DNA from: Candidatus Kerfeldbacteria bacterium
GTDB lineage: Bacteria > Patescibacteriota > Patescibacteriia > UBA10025 > JAHIVO01
Length of the DNA: 64,000 nt
Direction of reading: 5' to 3'
Assembly (NCBI GenBank): GCA_016214565.1
Contig: JACROE010000002.1
Location: 212,584-276,583 of the forward strand
A program made the translations under genes and the position numbers. The notes below the pieces were generated by a model. It made no database searches, had not been told where the DNA came from, and worked only from the letters and a program-made list of their open reading frames with translations. Of this stretch, positions 55,465-64,000 are shown piece after piece (position 1 is the stretch's first letter; every line of letters starts with the position of its first letter).

Positions 55465-56418
55465 TTATAACGTCGTGATTGGACGAGTTTGCGTAATATA
55501 GAATTTATTGTGTGACCACGCCCATTCGATATCCTGTGGCGTACCATAGTGCTTCTCGATTGTTGCACACAATCGTGCTATTTTCATAATCTGAGCACTC
55601 TTCAATTTCTGTTTCTCGCGTTTTGCTAGCGGAACCATTACTTCACGGGTTCCCTGCGTTCCCTTGCGCTGTATCATCCGTTCTTGCCGTGAGACAGCAA
55701 TATCGAGAATAGCATCCGATTTCCGATCGACGACGTAGGTATCGGGCGTAATGCGTCCGGAAACAACCGCCTCTCCCTGCCCCCAGCCAGCCTCGATAAC
55801 CATATGCTGGCGATTCTTTGTCACGGGATGCGCCGTAAAGGTTATACCCGCCACTTCAGAATCAATCATTTCCTGCACCACCACGGCGACTGATACGGGA
55901 ATGGTATGTAATTTCTTCTCAAAACGATAAAAAATTGCTCGTGGCGTAAAAAGAGAGGACCAGCAGGTTTGTATCGTTTTCAGTAATTGTGGTTTTCGTA
56001 TGAATAAATACGACTCTAATTCCCCTGCCCATGATGCCGTCGAAGAATCCTCGGCTGTCGCAGATGAGCGGACGGCGACCGTAGTATTATGTAATTTTGT
56101 AAATGCGGCGAACACCTCTCGCGCTAACTCAGGGGGGAATGATGCGTTTTGAATTTTCCTTCGTAGTTCACGGGAGGCTCGGTTGATACTGGCTAAAACT
56201 TTCGGATCGACCGTGCGTAACATGCGGCTGGCGAGACTATCAATCCCCGTATCACGCATAAATTGATCAAATGCGGTACGCAATACCACAAAACCCTGAG
56301 GTACCGGGATGTGATGTGCGGTCATCTCGCCAAGATTTGCCCCTTTGCCGCCCGCGAGATTGACGCTCTTCTTATCGAGCTTGCTGAAGGGGGATACAAA
56401 GGCTTTCGATGACTTCAT
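55465..56418 (-). CDS. Stand-alone PPDK_N domain protein (ATP-grasp nucleotide-binding domain of PEP synthase / pyruvate phosphate dikinase / rifampin phosphotransferase)
   Basis: LAGGKGANLGEM...VAVRSSATAEDSSTASWAGELESY...DIEWAWSHNKFYITQTRPIT covers the complete PPDK_N signature. 317 aa. No His-swivel or PEP-binding domain attached. Confidence 0.8.
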   Translation of the reverse strand: MKSSKAFVSPFSKLDKKSVNLAGGKGANLGEMTAHHIPVPQGFVVLRTAFDQFMRDTGIDSLASRMLRTVDPKVLASINRASRELRRKIQNASFPPELAREVFAAFTKLHNTTVAVRSSATAEDSSTASWAGELESYLFIRKPQLLKTIQTCWSSLFTPRAIFYRFEKKLHTIPVSVAVVVQEMIDSEVAGITFTAHPVTKNRQHMVIEAGWGQGEAVVSGRITPDTYVVDRKSDAILDIAVSRQERMIQRKGTQGTREVMVPLAKREKQKLKSAQIMKIARLCATIEKHYGTPQDIEWAWSHNKFYITQTRPITTL

Positions 56419-56575
56419 GATGATCGATTATGCTTAAAAAAATCATATAATGAGCATTCAAAATCATGGCTACATTATAGCATAATTTGCCGATAAAATC
56501 AAACCACGAAAATCATCGGCAAATATCTAAGTGATTGTTGAAGAAAACGCAAAAAAATGGTAAAATAACGTTACT

Positions 56576-57403
56576 ATGGCTGATATGGAGGTCAAGAAAA
56601 TCAAAGTAGCCCAGCAAAGAGAAACCGTGGCCTCACCTTTTAGTTCAACAATATCTCCTGCCACAACGGAGCCCCCCAAGCCCATGGGGAGTCCATTGCG
56701 CATGCCCAGCAATAATATCTCAATACCGGTAGCAATGCCTTCGGGACAAACCGAAAGAGAAAGCCAGTGGAGTCAAACGTTATCACAGGAACGGGTTAAC
56801 CAATTCAAACAGTCAAAAAAAATGACTGGCACTATCGGTCGCATGCTGGGTAATTTAGAAAACCCTGACTTAGATATGGAAGATAATCAAAATCTCCAAT
56901 ATCTAAAAAAAATGCAGCATTCTCTGACCAAGGGATCAAAAGTAAATGCCATTAAAACTGGTGCACAAATCGGTATAGACCTCCGCCACCGCATCGCCGC
57001 CGGAGGAATGCAAGGATTTTTATTTGCTTTGTCATTGGCGATCATTAAAGACTTCTGGGACTTCGGCACTATTTGGTTTACGATCGGGTTCGCTGGCACA
57101 CTCTTCAATATCATGATTACTACCGCACTTCTATTTGTGGTCATGTTTCAAGGAATCTGGTTTCGTCGCTGGTTACTAAAAAAAATGTGGAGTAGGTTTC
57201 TAGGCGCTATCATCCTGGAATTTATTCCTATACTTAATTTTTTTCCCTGGTGGATTATCAGCGTACTCTTAGTTAAACAAGCAGCTGATAAACGACTCAA
57301 GAAAATGGAAGCGGCTGGAGATCAGCATGACCAAAATATGGAGGAACTCAAAGCGGCTGAAGAGGATTCAGGGGAACAGGCCCAATACAATCAAGCCGCC
57401 TAA
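56576..57403 (+). CDS. Hypothetical membrane protein (3-4 TM helices in C-terminal half); the only plus-strand gene in this block
   Basis: GMQGFLFALSLAIIKDFWDFGTIWFTIGFAGTLFNIMITTALLFVVMF...FLGAIILEFIPILNFFPWWIISVLLV. Start uncertain. Confidence 0.5.
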   Translation: MADMEVKKIKVAQQRETVASPFSSTISPATTEPPKPMGSPLRMPSNNISIPVAMPSGQTERESQWSQTLSQERVNQFKQSKKMTGTIGRMLGNLENPDLDMEDNQNLQYLKKMQHSLTKGSKVNAIKTGAQIGIDLRHRIAAGGMQGFLFALSLAIIKDFWDFGTIWFTIGFAGTLFNIMITTALLFVVMFQGIWFRRWLLKKMWSRFLGAIILEFIPILNFFPWWIISVLLVKQAADKRLKKMEAAGDQHDQNMEELKAAEEDSGEQAQYNQAA

Positions 57404-57443
57404 TATTTTAGGTGACCCATATCCGTATAGCACATTATGAGTG

Positions 57444-58970
57444 CTATATTTTTTTTACAATTCCTTTAGTTGCATCCACTTCGACCCGGTCGCCGGTCTT
57501 CAGTACACGAGTGGCAATCATGGTACCGATCACGCAGGGAATTCCTAATTCACGTGAGACAATAGCGGCATGGGTCGTAATCCCACCCTGGTCGGTAATA
57601 ATCGCCGCCGCCTTTTTCATCAGTGGGACAAACTCAGGTGTGGTATTATTAGTTACCAAAATATCTCCCTTATTAAAGGGGCCAGGCTGATGAGCATTCC
57701 GTACGAGCCGAACGACCCCTCGCGCTATTCCTGGGCTGGCAGCAACGCCGGCAATTAAGTCCGCAGCACTGTTTCGTGGTTCGAAATCTTTCTCGTGTAC
57801 AAACCGCGACACAGTTCGACCATGATATAATACATACCCACGTCGAGTACCGTAAACAAACGTTCGGAGGCGGCGGCTCCGCAATTCCTGAGGATCAAAA
57901 TTACGATCTAAAAAAACCTTCGCTACTTCTGGCTCCACAACGCTATACATCTCATTCAAATCCAAGCCAACCCGCTTGCCCATCTCAGAAAAAATTAATC
58001 GGAGAAAGTGACTGAAGCGAATGAGGCACATCTTGCGATAATCTTGCATGTGCGTCATTTGTTCGGAAAAATACACCACATGTGACAGCCAAGGATTATG
58101 GAGTCTGTGTAATAATTTGTTTTTCTCTATTCGATTTTTTTTCAACACCGTAGCCAGATCCCCCATGAATGGCTGCCGAACGAGTCGAAAAAGTTTCGAT
58201 GCAAAATAGCGTTCAGTGAGCACCTTAGCGTAATAATTATTCTCAACCCAATAATACAGTCGGGCATGTCGCTTAAGTGCCTTCCAAAACCTTGGAGTAC
58301 GCTGAAGAAATCTAAAAAAATCAGGAAACGTTCGCCACTGTCCCCGAATTTTGCGAGCGAGGCGTTGTAATGCGATCTCCTCCTCATTGGTATATGAAGG
58401 GATAGTGGGCGCTGTCAGAATTGTAATAGCCTTTTGGCGCCTGGCCGCATCAGCAATATGGCGACTAATAAATTGGCTCAACCAATCTTCAGTTCCTGCA
58501 GTCAAACAGCAATCAGCCATATATCCTTCAGCGGCCTGGTCCATATTTGCCCAATATAGCTTATGATACAATGCATAAAGCTGCTGATCAGTAAGTATAC
58601 GCACGTCAATTGCTTCTGCCGCAGCATAGGCAGCGAGATTTGCGTCAGCATGCCGCTCCCACCGTCGATAAAATTTACGGAAAATCGCTAAGCTCCGTTT
58701 GCAACCACGCACGAAATAATCCCGCACCAAAGCTAAATCTCGCAAATCCCAATAGTGAAATAATTCCGTTTGCTCAGATGGCATAGTGCGGATAAATAAA
58801 TAGCTTTGTCGAATTGCAGGTGAATACCGCTGATTTTGCAACCATACCCCGGCATGGGTACCTTGCATAAAAATGGTATGTAAGAATCCTGGGTAATTTT
58901 TTTCCAGCCATAAATGACGAGGATTTCTCGTTCGAATAGTATATGGAGATAACCGCCTGTACTGTTTCAT
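57444..58970 (-). CDS. Paralog 1 (508 aa): helical N-terminal domain plus C-terminal PEP-utilizing enzyme mobile (phosphohistidine swivel) domain
   Basis: C-terminus GDILVTNNTTPEFVPLMKKAAAIITDQGGITTHAAIVSRELGIPCVIGT...GDRVEVDATKGIVKKI. Confidence 0.8.
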   Translation of the reverse strand: MKQYRRLSPYTIRTRNPRHLWLEKNYPGFLHTIFMQGTHAGVWLQNQRYSPAIRQSYLFIRTMPSEQTELFHYWDLRDLALVRDYFVRGCKRSLAIFRKFYRRWERHADANLAAYAAAEAIDVRILTDQQLYALYHKLYWANMDQAAEGYMADCCLTAGTEDWLSQFISRHIADAARRQKAITILTAPTIPSYTNEEEIALQRLARKIRGQWRTFPDFFRFLQRTPRFWKALKRHARLYYWVENNYYAKVLTERYFASKLFRLVRQPFMGDLATVLKKNRIEKNKLLHRLHNPWLSHVVYFSEQMTHMQDYRKMCLIRFSHFLRLIFSEMGKRVGLDLNEMYSVVEPEVAKVFLDRNFDPQELRSRRLRTFVYGTRRGYVLYHGRTVSRFVHEKDFEPRNSAADLIAGVAASPGIARGVVRLVRNAHQPGPFNKGDILVTNNTTPEFVPLMKKAAAIITDQGGITTHAAIVSRELGIPCVIGTMIATRVLKTGDRVEVDATKGIVKKI

Positions 58971-60052
58971 ATTTTTCTAACAACTCCGCTTGTTGCGTCC
59001 ACTTCCACCCGGTCGCCGTCTTTGAAAACTTTGGTGGCAATTCTTGTACCGGCAATACTGGGGATTCTTAACTCACGACTGACAATCGCCGCATGGCTCA
59101 GAACGCCGCCACCCTCATCAACCACAATGGCCGAAACTTCTTTCAGTAAAGGCACATCATTAGGATGAGTATTAACACTAACGTAAATAGGATGTCTCGG
59201 CCACCGCACGGGACGTAACGTACGGATAACGGTGCCATTACGTTTGCCCCGAAATACTGACGTTCCTCGAACTACCCTCGCACTATCTATTACCCTAGGC
59301 CATACGCAACTTTTCTTCACTCGGCTAACTTCTTGGGTACGACCGTCTACTGTTTCCCTTCGCACGCCATAAAAATACACATACCCCTTGCGACGAGACT
59401 CAAGCGTGCGAGGTGAGACAACTAACCGCCGCTTCCTCAGAGTAGCAGATAATTCTGGCCGAGTCATCATAAGTAATAATCGCGGTGTAGTTCCTAATGC
59501 CCGAGCTACTAATCGAGCTATCTGCTGAAGCAGCACTTCAATGCGCGGATATACCGCGGCGATACGGTTGCGCTCCCGGGCAAGGCGCCGAAGTTCGCTG
59601 TGTGGCATAGACGGCATCAATCGATCTGCAAACTCTAAATACCGCCAAAAATAATTATACACACCAATAGCAGCAAAATAATCGGGGTAGCGACGAATCA
59701 AAAATTGTAAAAAATGAAACGGATTATCTGTGGCGAATGGTGCCTGGTGATCATACGCACGTACAAAGTCCTCATACCGAGCATATGCTTTCCTCCGACT
59801 TTGATTGAGCCAAGCAGGATGGCGCCGTAACTGCTGCGCTATCCGTCGTATGACAGATTGGATATTGAGTAGTGACGTCCACCGATTACCCGTGCCAATA
59901 CCACCCAACGAGCCATACGTCATACCCGCTAAACGACTAATCCGCCGGCCATACCCATTACTGACGCAACTCAAAGTAAACAAAGATAATTTCCTCTGCA
60001 CCCCGCCCTCGGCAGAAAGGTGATAATGAATAATTGACTGAGCAGGGTTCAT
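58967..60052 (-). CDS. Paralog 2 (361 aa): shorter N-terminal domain plus C-terminal phosphohistidine swivel domain
   Basis: VVDEGGGVLSHAAIVSRELRIPSIAGTRIATKVFKDGDRVEVDATSGVVRKI. ATGA overlap with paralog 1. Confidence 0.75.
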   Translation of the reverse strand: MNPAQSIIHYHLSAEGGVQRKLSLFTLSCVSNGYGRRISRLAGMTYGSLGGIGTGNRWTSLLNIQSVIRRIAQQLRRHPAWLNQSRRKAYARYEDFVRAYDHQAPFATDNPFHFLQFLIRRYPDYFAAIGVYNYFWRYLEFADRLMPSMPHSELRRLARERNRIAAVYPRIEVLLQQIARLVARALGTTPRLLLMMTRPELSATLRKRRLVVSPRTLESRRKGYVYFYGVRRETVDGRTQEVSRVKKSCVWPRVIDSARVVRGTSVFRGKRNGTVIRTLRPVRWPRHPIYVSVNTHPNDVPLLKEVSAIVVDEGGGVLSHAAIVSRELRIPSIAGTRIATKVFKDGDRVEVDATSGVVRKI

Positions 60053-60054
60053 AA

Positions 60055-61479
60055 TTATATTTTCCTCACAATCCCATGATTTGCCCGTACCTCAATCATA
60101 TCACCATCCTTGAATACTTTTGTCGCATACTGCGTTCCGACAATACACGGAATCCCCAACTCGCGGGAAACAATAGCGGCATGGCAGGTAATACCGCCCT
60201 CATCGGTAACGATACCAACCGCCTTTCGCAAGGCTGGCATATATTCAGGTCGCGTCATTGAAGCAATAATAATATCACCCCGACGGACGTTCTTTAATGA
60301 GGCGAGATTACGACAAATGACTGCCCGCCCAATTGCAGTGCCCATTGTCGCTGATGAACCATGAAGGTCATTGCTCGTTGTGGTAGTTGCCGCATGTTGA
60401 TAGCGCTGATTTAATTGACGGTACTGCGGACCGCTCGCAATATACTCCTGTAAACCCTCAGTAACGACAAAACATCCAGACCGATATCGCTCAATGAGTA
60501 CCCCGCGAATTCGCTTCAATTCACGGATAGCGCGTAGCTCTAAAACCTCTCTGACACCTAACTGATACAAGTAACGCTCATCAATAGATACCCGACGGTG
60601 TATCTCATGAATCACCAGACCCACATATCCAATCGTTCTTAAAATATGCTGTTTTCGGTTATCCTGCCAGATGGCGGCCTGATCAATCACGCTGACCATT
60701 GTTTGAATCTCAGGTCCGAGATAATACCGCCGCATAAGCTGATTTTTTGTATGCCTAATCTCTGCTAATGATCGATATCTTTCCGGCGCTATTCGCCACC
60801 GCTTCATAAACCACTGAACAGCAGGGAGGACTGGCCCCGAATAGCTGTTTTGTATCCATGAATAACGCTTCGCATGGCGGGCAATTGCCTGACGCCAACC
60901 GCTATCTTTTTTAATTCTAAAAAGCGCTCGCTCCTCCTGGGTAACGAAAGAAAGTTGAGTGGGCGTAGCGAGCTCCATAAAAACTTTATTTACGTCATTC
61001 GGTGGTACCACCCGCGTAATCGCCTGTTTAAACTCTCGCTCAATTCCGATCGAAATTGATTCAAGAATGTGAGCAATGCCCACGGCATCCGTGAGGCTGC
61101 CAGCCACACGCTTTAGCTGTGCCAATAATTGAGTATCAGTAATTGTACGGAGATATTTCAGTGATATACGCCGATTAAAAATCTCGTGCTTTTGCATGAT
61201 ACGGTTTGATCGGCGTTCTAATTGTTTTAAATATAACGGATTCTTTTTGAGTCGCTTCTTAGTCTCACGCCAAATACGCTCCAGGTCCGTCTGTAAATAA
61301 TGCATCTCCCCATATCCATCGTGATATCGATATAAGAATGAAGAATATCCAAATCCAATGTGTCCCTTCATTTTCATGCCGCTGTAACCGGCCATGCCGA
61401 GAAAAATCGGGACGCCAGTAAACCCCTGCGTGTACCAGCGCTTTTTAAAAGCTATTTGAAATCGTTGGGTGATAGTCAT
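60055..61479 (-). CDS. Paralog 3 (474 aa): N-terminal domain plus C-terminal phosphohistidine swivel domain
   Basis: GDIIIASMTRPEYMPALRKAVGIVTDEGGITCHAAIVSRELGIPCIVGT...GDMIEVRANHGIVRKI. N-domain motif SFVTQEERALFRI is shared with paralog 4 (SFVNETEVALFRI). Confidence 0.8.
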   Translation of the reverse strand: MTITQRFQIAFKKRWYTQGFTGVPIFLGMAGYSGMKMKGHIGFGYSSFLYRYHDGYGEMHYLQTDLERIWRETKKRLKKNPLYLKQLERRSNRIMQKHEIFNRRISLKYLRTITDTQLLAQLKRVAGSLTDAVGIAHILESISIGIEREFKQAITRVVPPNDVNKVFMELATPTQLSFVTQEERALFRIKKDSGWRQAIARHAKRYSWIQNSYSGPVLPAVQWFMKRWRIAPERYRSLAEIRHTKNQLMRRYYLGPEIQTMVSVIDQAAIWQDNRKQHILRTIGYVGLVIHEIHRRVSIDERYLYQLGVREVLELRAIRELKRIRGVLIERYRSGCFVVTEGLQEYIASGPQYRQLNQRYQHAATTTTSNDLHGSSATMGTAIGRAVICRNLASLKNVRRGDIIIASMTRPEYMPALRKAVGIVTDEGGITCHAAIVSRELGIPCIVGTQYATKVFKDGDMIEVRANHGIVRKI

Positions 61480-61484
61480 GCGAG

Positions 61485-62108
61485 CTACTTTCTTAGGTGT
61501 TTTTCAGCTTCCTTAACGCCATATAGATCACGCACTGGCGTAATAGCATGCGGCGTCGACGCAGCGGCTGTAGTTAAGTGGTATGCCCGACCGGGGACCG
61601 CTACTCCCTGCTGGCGCGCTTGTTGAACCGCTTTCAAAAAAAACTGGCAATTTTGCTTTCTATCATCAGTATACACCACTTCAGAAAATTTTTTTGCTAC
61701 GATCCGCCGCAATACATCTACCAGCATGGTGCTGGTCTTAACGTTTGTATTTCCGTAATCAAAAGTGCTAAATCGATAAGTAAAATAGTCGCGTATATCC
61801 AAATGATAGTGCTTTTGAATGTATTCTGCCCGCCAATCCAACTGCTCATGATTCCCTGTAGTGAAGTAGCCATTGTGCCGTGTCCAGCGAAGCACCTCGA
61901 CAAATCCAGGTGCTAATGAAAGTCGAAAGAGGCCTTCTCGATATGGCCGCTCATACGCATGTTCATAATCAAACGCTGAAATAGTCCGTAGATCATAGCC
62001 CAATGACTCTAGGTACGCATCATAATCCGGGAAGCCGCTGCTACGAGTATCCCACTCTTCAGGAAACAAAGTGTTGGCAAGATCCCATAAATAAAATACG
62101 CTGCCCAT
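61485..62108 (-). CDS. HAD-superfamily-like protein with degenerate motif I (D-L-A instead of D-x-D)
   Basis: VFYLWDLANTLF (motif I-like). APGFVEVLRWTRHNGYFTTGNH (motif II-like). K...EVVYTDDRKQN (motifs III/IV-like). 207 aa. Embedded in the paralog array. Confidence 0.45.
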   Translation of the reverse strand: MGSVFYLWDLANTLFPEEWDTRSSGFPDYDAYLESLGYDLRTISAFDYEHAYERPYREGLFRLSLAPGFVEVLRWTRHNGYFTTGNHEQLDWRAEYIQKHYHLDIRDYFTYRFSTFDYGNTNVKTSTMLVDVLRRIVAKKFSEVVYTDDRKQNCQFFLKAVQQARQQGVAVPGRAYHLTTAAASTPHAITPVRDLYGVKEAEKHLRK

Positions 62109-63680
62109 TTACGTCCGTTTAATAACCGTGACCACTCCATGATTACCGTTTACCTCTACGATATCGCCGTCTTTCAGCACCTGAGTGGCAATTTTTGTGC
62201 CAATCACGCACGGGATATCAAGCTCCCGTGAAACAATCGCCGCATGGCAGGTGACACCGCCTTCGTTAGTTACGATCGCAGCTGCTTGTTTCATGCCGGC
62301 GATATAATCAGGCCGGGTCATAATGGCCACTAAAATATCGCCTGCTTTAACCTTTTTGATTTCAGTGGCTGACTTCACAATGCATACTCGTCCCCGAGCC
62401 ACGCCTCGACAAGCAGACAAACCACGAAAATCATTAACCAGTTTCTGTTCACTGACGCCGAGAATCTCTCGATATAATCGCCTCGCCGGAGCGCCGGTCA
62501 CGATTTCATACTGATTACTATCATGCTGGTACCATAAACAAAATTTCATTCGCCGACGAATCTCGGGCACCGGAATTGCAAGCCCGTTAAATAATGCTTC
62601 AATTTCCGGTTGAGCATGATACTTCATTTCGTGAAGTGTACGACCAAAACGACTACCGATTTCCTTAAGTAAAATACTACCATAGTGCGTGGACCAGTAG
62701 GTGAGTAGTTTGCGGCTGTCTTGCCAATGGGTAAAATCTTCGGATATTTCCAAGAGTACCCGTATCTTTTTCGGAAGTTGTAACCGTGACATGAGCCTCT
62801 TCTTTTCCCGAAGATTGCGTCTGGGTGTGGTCGTAATTTGCCGAATACGCTCGACAATGTCAAAGCCGGATTTAAAAATAGCTTTCAGTTCATTAATCCA
62901 TTCCGGTAATCCTAAATAATTATCATGTACATAATTATTCTTACTCCAAAAATACTGCCGCTCCTGCTGGAGCAACAACGAATGAATTACCGCATTTTTT
63001 TTCACGAGCGTAATTAATTGCCGAACGGGCAATCGGCGGAAAGCGGCGACCAACGTACGGTTTCGTTGTATCATGAATGCAATTCGAAATAAGGCAACTT
63101 CAGTTTCATTTACAAACGAATGGTGTACCGGCGCGGTAAGGATTGAAAAATAACGCGACAACTCTCGTTCCATCCCCTTGCCCCGCAAAAATTTCTGTAG
63201 CTCTTTCTGAATAATGGTGTCAGTACCTAATGCAAATCCATCAATAATGAAACTAGAACTGACTGCCCGTACATTTAATTGTACATAGGTGTGATACAAC
63301 GTACGAAGTTGTTTCAGCTTTAGGCGTTGGAAGTCTTGGTCATGCAATTTTTGGCAAAATGTAAAAAAACATCGTTCATCCTCTGCCCATCGCTTCATGA
63401 GCAGTTTTGAAAAATGTGGTTTGCGCATCCCTGCCCCTGTAATCCCCGATGAAACGCGGTCAATGTCTGCCTGATCAATATACCAATCCGCACGGTCATT
63501 TTCAAAAATGCCAAAATGACTTGTAGCATGCCAACCATTTTTTCGCTGTTCTCGAAGTATCTCGCCGATAGAAATGAAATAAATAAAATGCGGACATCCA
63601 TCAAACCGCTGATGATACCATTCCTTGCTGTGTAATCGTTCAACATCGCGCTTGATAAGTCCAGGAGTAAATGTTTTCAT
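62109..63680 (-). CDS. Paralog 4 (523 aa): N-terminal domain plus C-terminal phosphohistidine swivel domain
   Basis: GDILVAIMTRPDYIAGMKQAAAIVTNEGGVTCHAAIVSRELDIPCVIGT...GDIVEVNGNHGVV. Confidence 0.8.
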   Translation of the reverse strand: MKTFTPGLIKRDVERLHSKEWYHQRFDGCPHFIYFISIGEILREQRKNGWHATSHFGIFENDRADWYIDQADIDRVSSGITGAGMRKPHFSKLLMKRWAEDERCFFTFCQKLHDQDFQRLKLKQLRTLYHTYVQLNVRAVSSSFIIDGFALGTDTIIQKELQKFLRGKGMERELSRYFSILTAPVHHSFVNETEVALFRIAFMIQRNRTLVAAFRRLPVRQLITLVKKNAVIHSLLLQQERQYFWSKNNYVHDNYLGLPEWINELKAIFKSGFDIVERIRQITTTPRRNLREKKRLMSRLQLPKKIRVLLEISEDFTHWQDSRKLLTYWSTHYGSILLKEIGSRFGRTLHEMKYHAQPEIEALFNGLAIPVPEIRRRMKFCLWYQHDSNQYEIVTGAPARRLYREILGVSEQKLVNDFRGLSACRGVARGRVCIVKSATEIKKVKAGDILVAIMTRPDYIAGMKQAAAIVTNEGGVTCHAAIVSRELDIPCVIGTKIATQVLKDGDIVEVNGNHGVVTVIKRT

Positions 63681-63689
63681 ACTATCGTA

Positions 63690-64000
63690 TCACGAGGTAA
63701 CTTTTTTAATCGTCCCGGTCGCGCCGTTTACTTCCACAAAGTCACCATCCTTAAAAATACGCATCGCAAACCGCGTACCAACAACGCAAGGAATCTTCAT
63801 TTCCCTGGAAATAATGGCAGCATGCGAGGTGAGACCACCTTCATCAGTGACAATCGCCCCCGCACGGTGCATTAAGGGAACAAAGTCGGGACGAGTCATA
63901 TACGTCATCAGTATATCACCCGGCCGAAGTTTATGCCCATCAGCGGACGGAGACTCAATCTTTCGCACTTTCCCACGATAGATACCTACGGCTGCGCCAA
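63690..64000 (-). CDS. Paralog 5, partial (N-terminus beyond window end): C-terminal phosphohistidine swivel domain
   Basis: GDILMTYMTRPDFVPLMHRAGAIVTDEGGLTSHAAIISREMKIPCVVGT...GDFVEVNGATGTIKKV. The frame stays open to position 64000. The track's Met is a GTG inside the conserved region. Confidence 0.7.
   Translation of the reverse strand, partial: GAAVGIYRGKVRKIESPSADGHKLRPGDILMTYMTRPDFVPLMHRAGAIVTDEGGLTSHAAIISREMKIPCVVGTRFAMRIFKDGDFVEVNGATGTIKKVTS

Noticed and set aside
57412-57690. Plus-strand ORFs antisense to the swivel domains (57412-57690, 60110-60364, 63625-63981) that resemble each other (e.g. GIPNSRETIAAW...)
   Set aside because: Their mutual similarity simply mirrors the conserved minus-strand phosphohistidine domain. 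The conserved His-domain reading (TxHAAIxSRE) is the biologically recognisable one.
56418-64000. Regular recurrence of similar approx. 200-bp segments every 1-1.6 kb: considered as a CRISPR-like or DNA repeat array
   Set aside because: Repeats are protein-coding (conserved C-terminal domains of tandem paralogs). Spacing is irregular. There are no short identical direct repeats with unique spacers, and no cas genes.
1-64000. Search for integrase, transposase, IS elements, CRISPR arrays, rRNA
   Set aside because: No recognisable recombinase motifs, terminal inverted repeats with target-site duplications, short-repeat/spacer arrays or rRNA-like sequence were found. Mobile-element activity is suggested only indirectly (tRNA 3'-end duplication; GAMT-like gene near tRNAs).

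Overview
The window is a gene-dense, mostly minus-strand locus. Its content suggests a small-genome, monoderm-type bacterium, possibly Patescibacteria/CPR-like, but that is inference from gene content alone.

In coordinate order the window holds five parts:

1. **Glycosylation cassette (1-3352).** It contains a Wzy_C/O-antigen-ligase-like gene, a GT2 gene and a GT-C/GT39 gene. It lies directly downstream of a type IV pilin gene.

2. **Type IV pilus operon (3450-35587), about 32 kb, all on the minus strand.** It encodes pilin, PilC, a REC-only regulator, PilB, an FN3 membrane protein, PilO, PilN (with a long Pro-rich insert) and PilM. Upstream, co-oriented and tightly spaced, lie five very large exported proteins of 490, 791, 1230, 1318 and 3934 aa. 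These carry beta-propeller repeat arrays, FN3-like domains, BNR/Asp-box repeats, Cys-rich linkers and a shared C-terminal Cys loop.

3. **Housekeeping and competence block (35737-46524).** Genes present are LemA, HtpX, ClpC, ComF(C), RecG, RadA and a striking GAMT-like methyltransferase. The block also carries tRNA-Ser(GCU), tRNA-Ser(UGA) and a tRNA-Arg. The tRNA-Ser(GCU) 3' end is duplicated 171 bp downstream.

4. **Gram-positive-type type IV secretion-like operon (46638-56418).** It is headed by a stand-alone PPDK_N (PEP-synthase-type ATP-binding) domain protein. Behind it sit a PrgI/VirB3-like gene, a possibly split VirB4, a VirB8-like gene, a TolB-like gene, and two secreted Cys-rich paralogs that share a near-identical hydrophobic hairpin module. 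One of these paralogs is fused to a lytic transglycosylase.

5. **Phosphohistidine-domain paralog array (57444-64000), the most novel-looking part.** Five paralogous proteins sit in tandem. Each has a divergent helical N-terminal domain and a conserved C-terminal PEP-utilizing swivel domain. A HAD-like protein with a degenerate DxD motif is interspersed. The only ATP-grasp partner in the neighbourhood is the separate PPDK_N gene. Together this looks like a trans-split, multi-module RPH/PEP-synthase-like phosphotransferase system.

No CRISPR array, rRNA, integrase or transposase was recognised.
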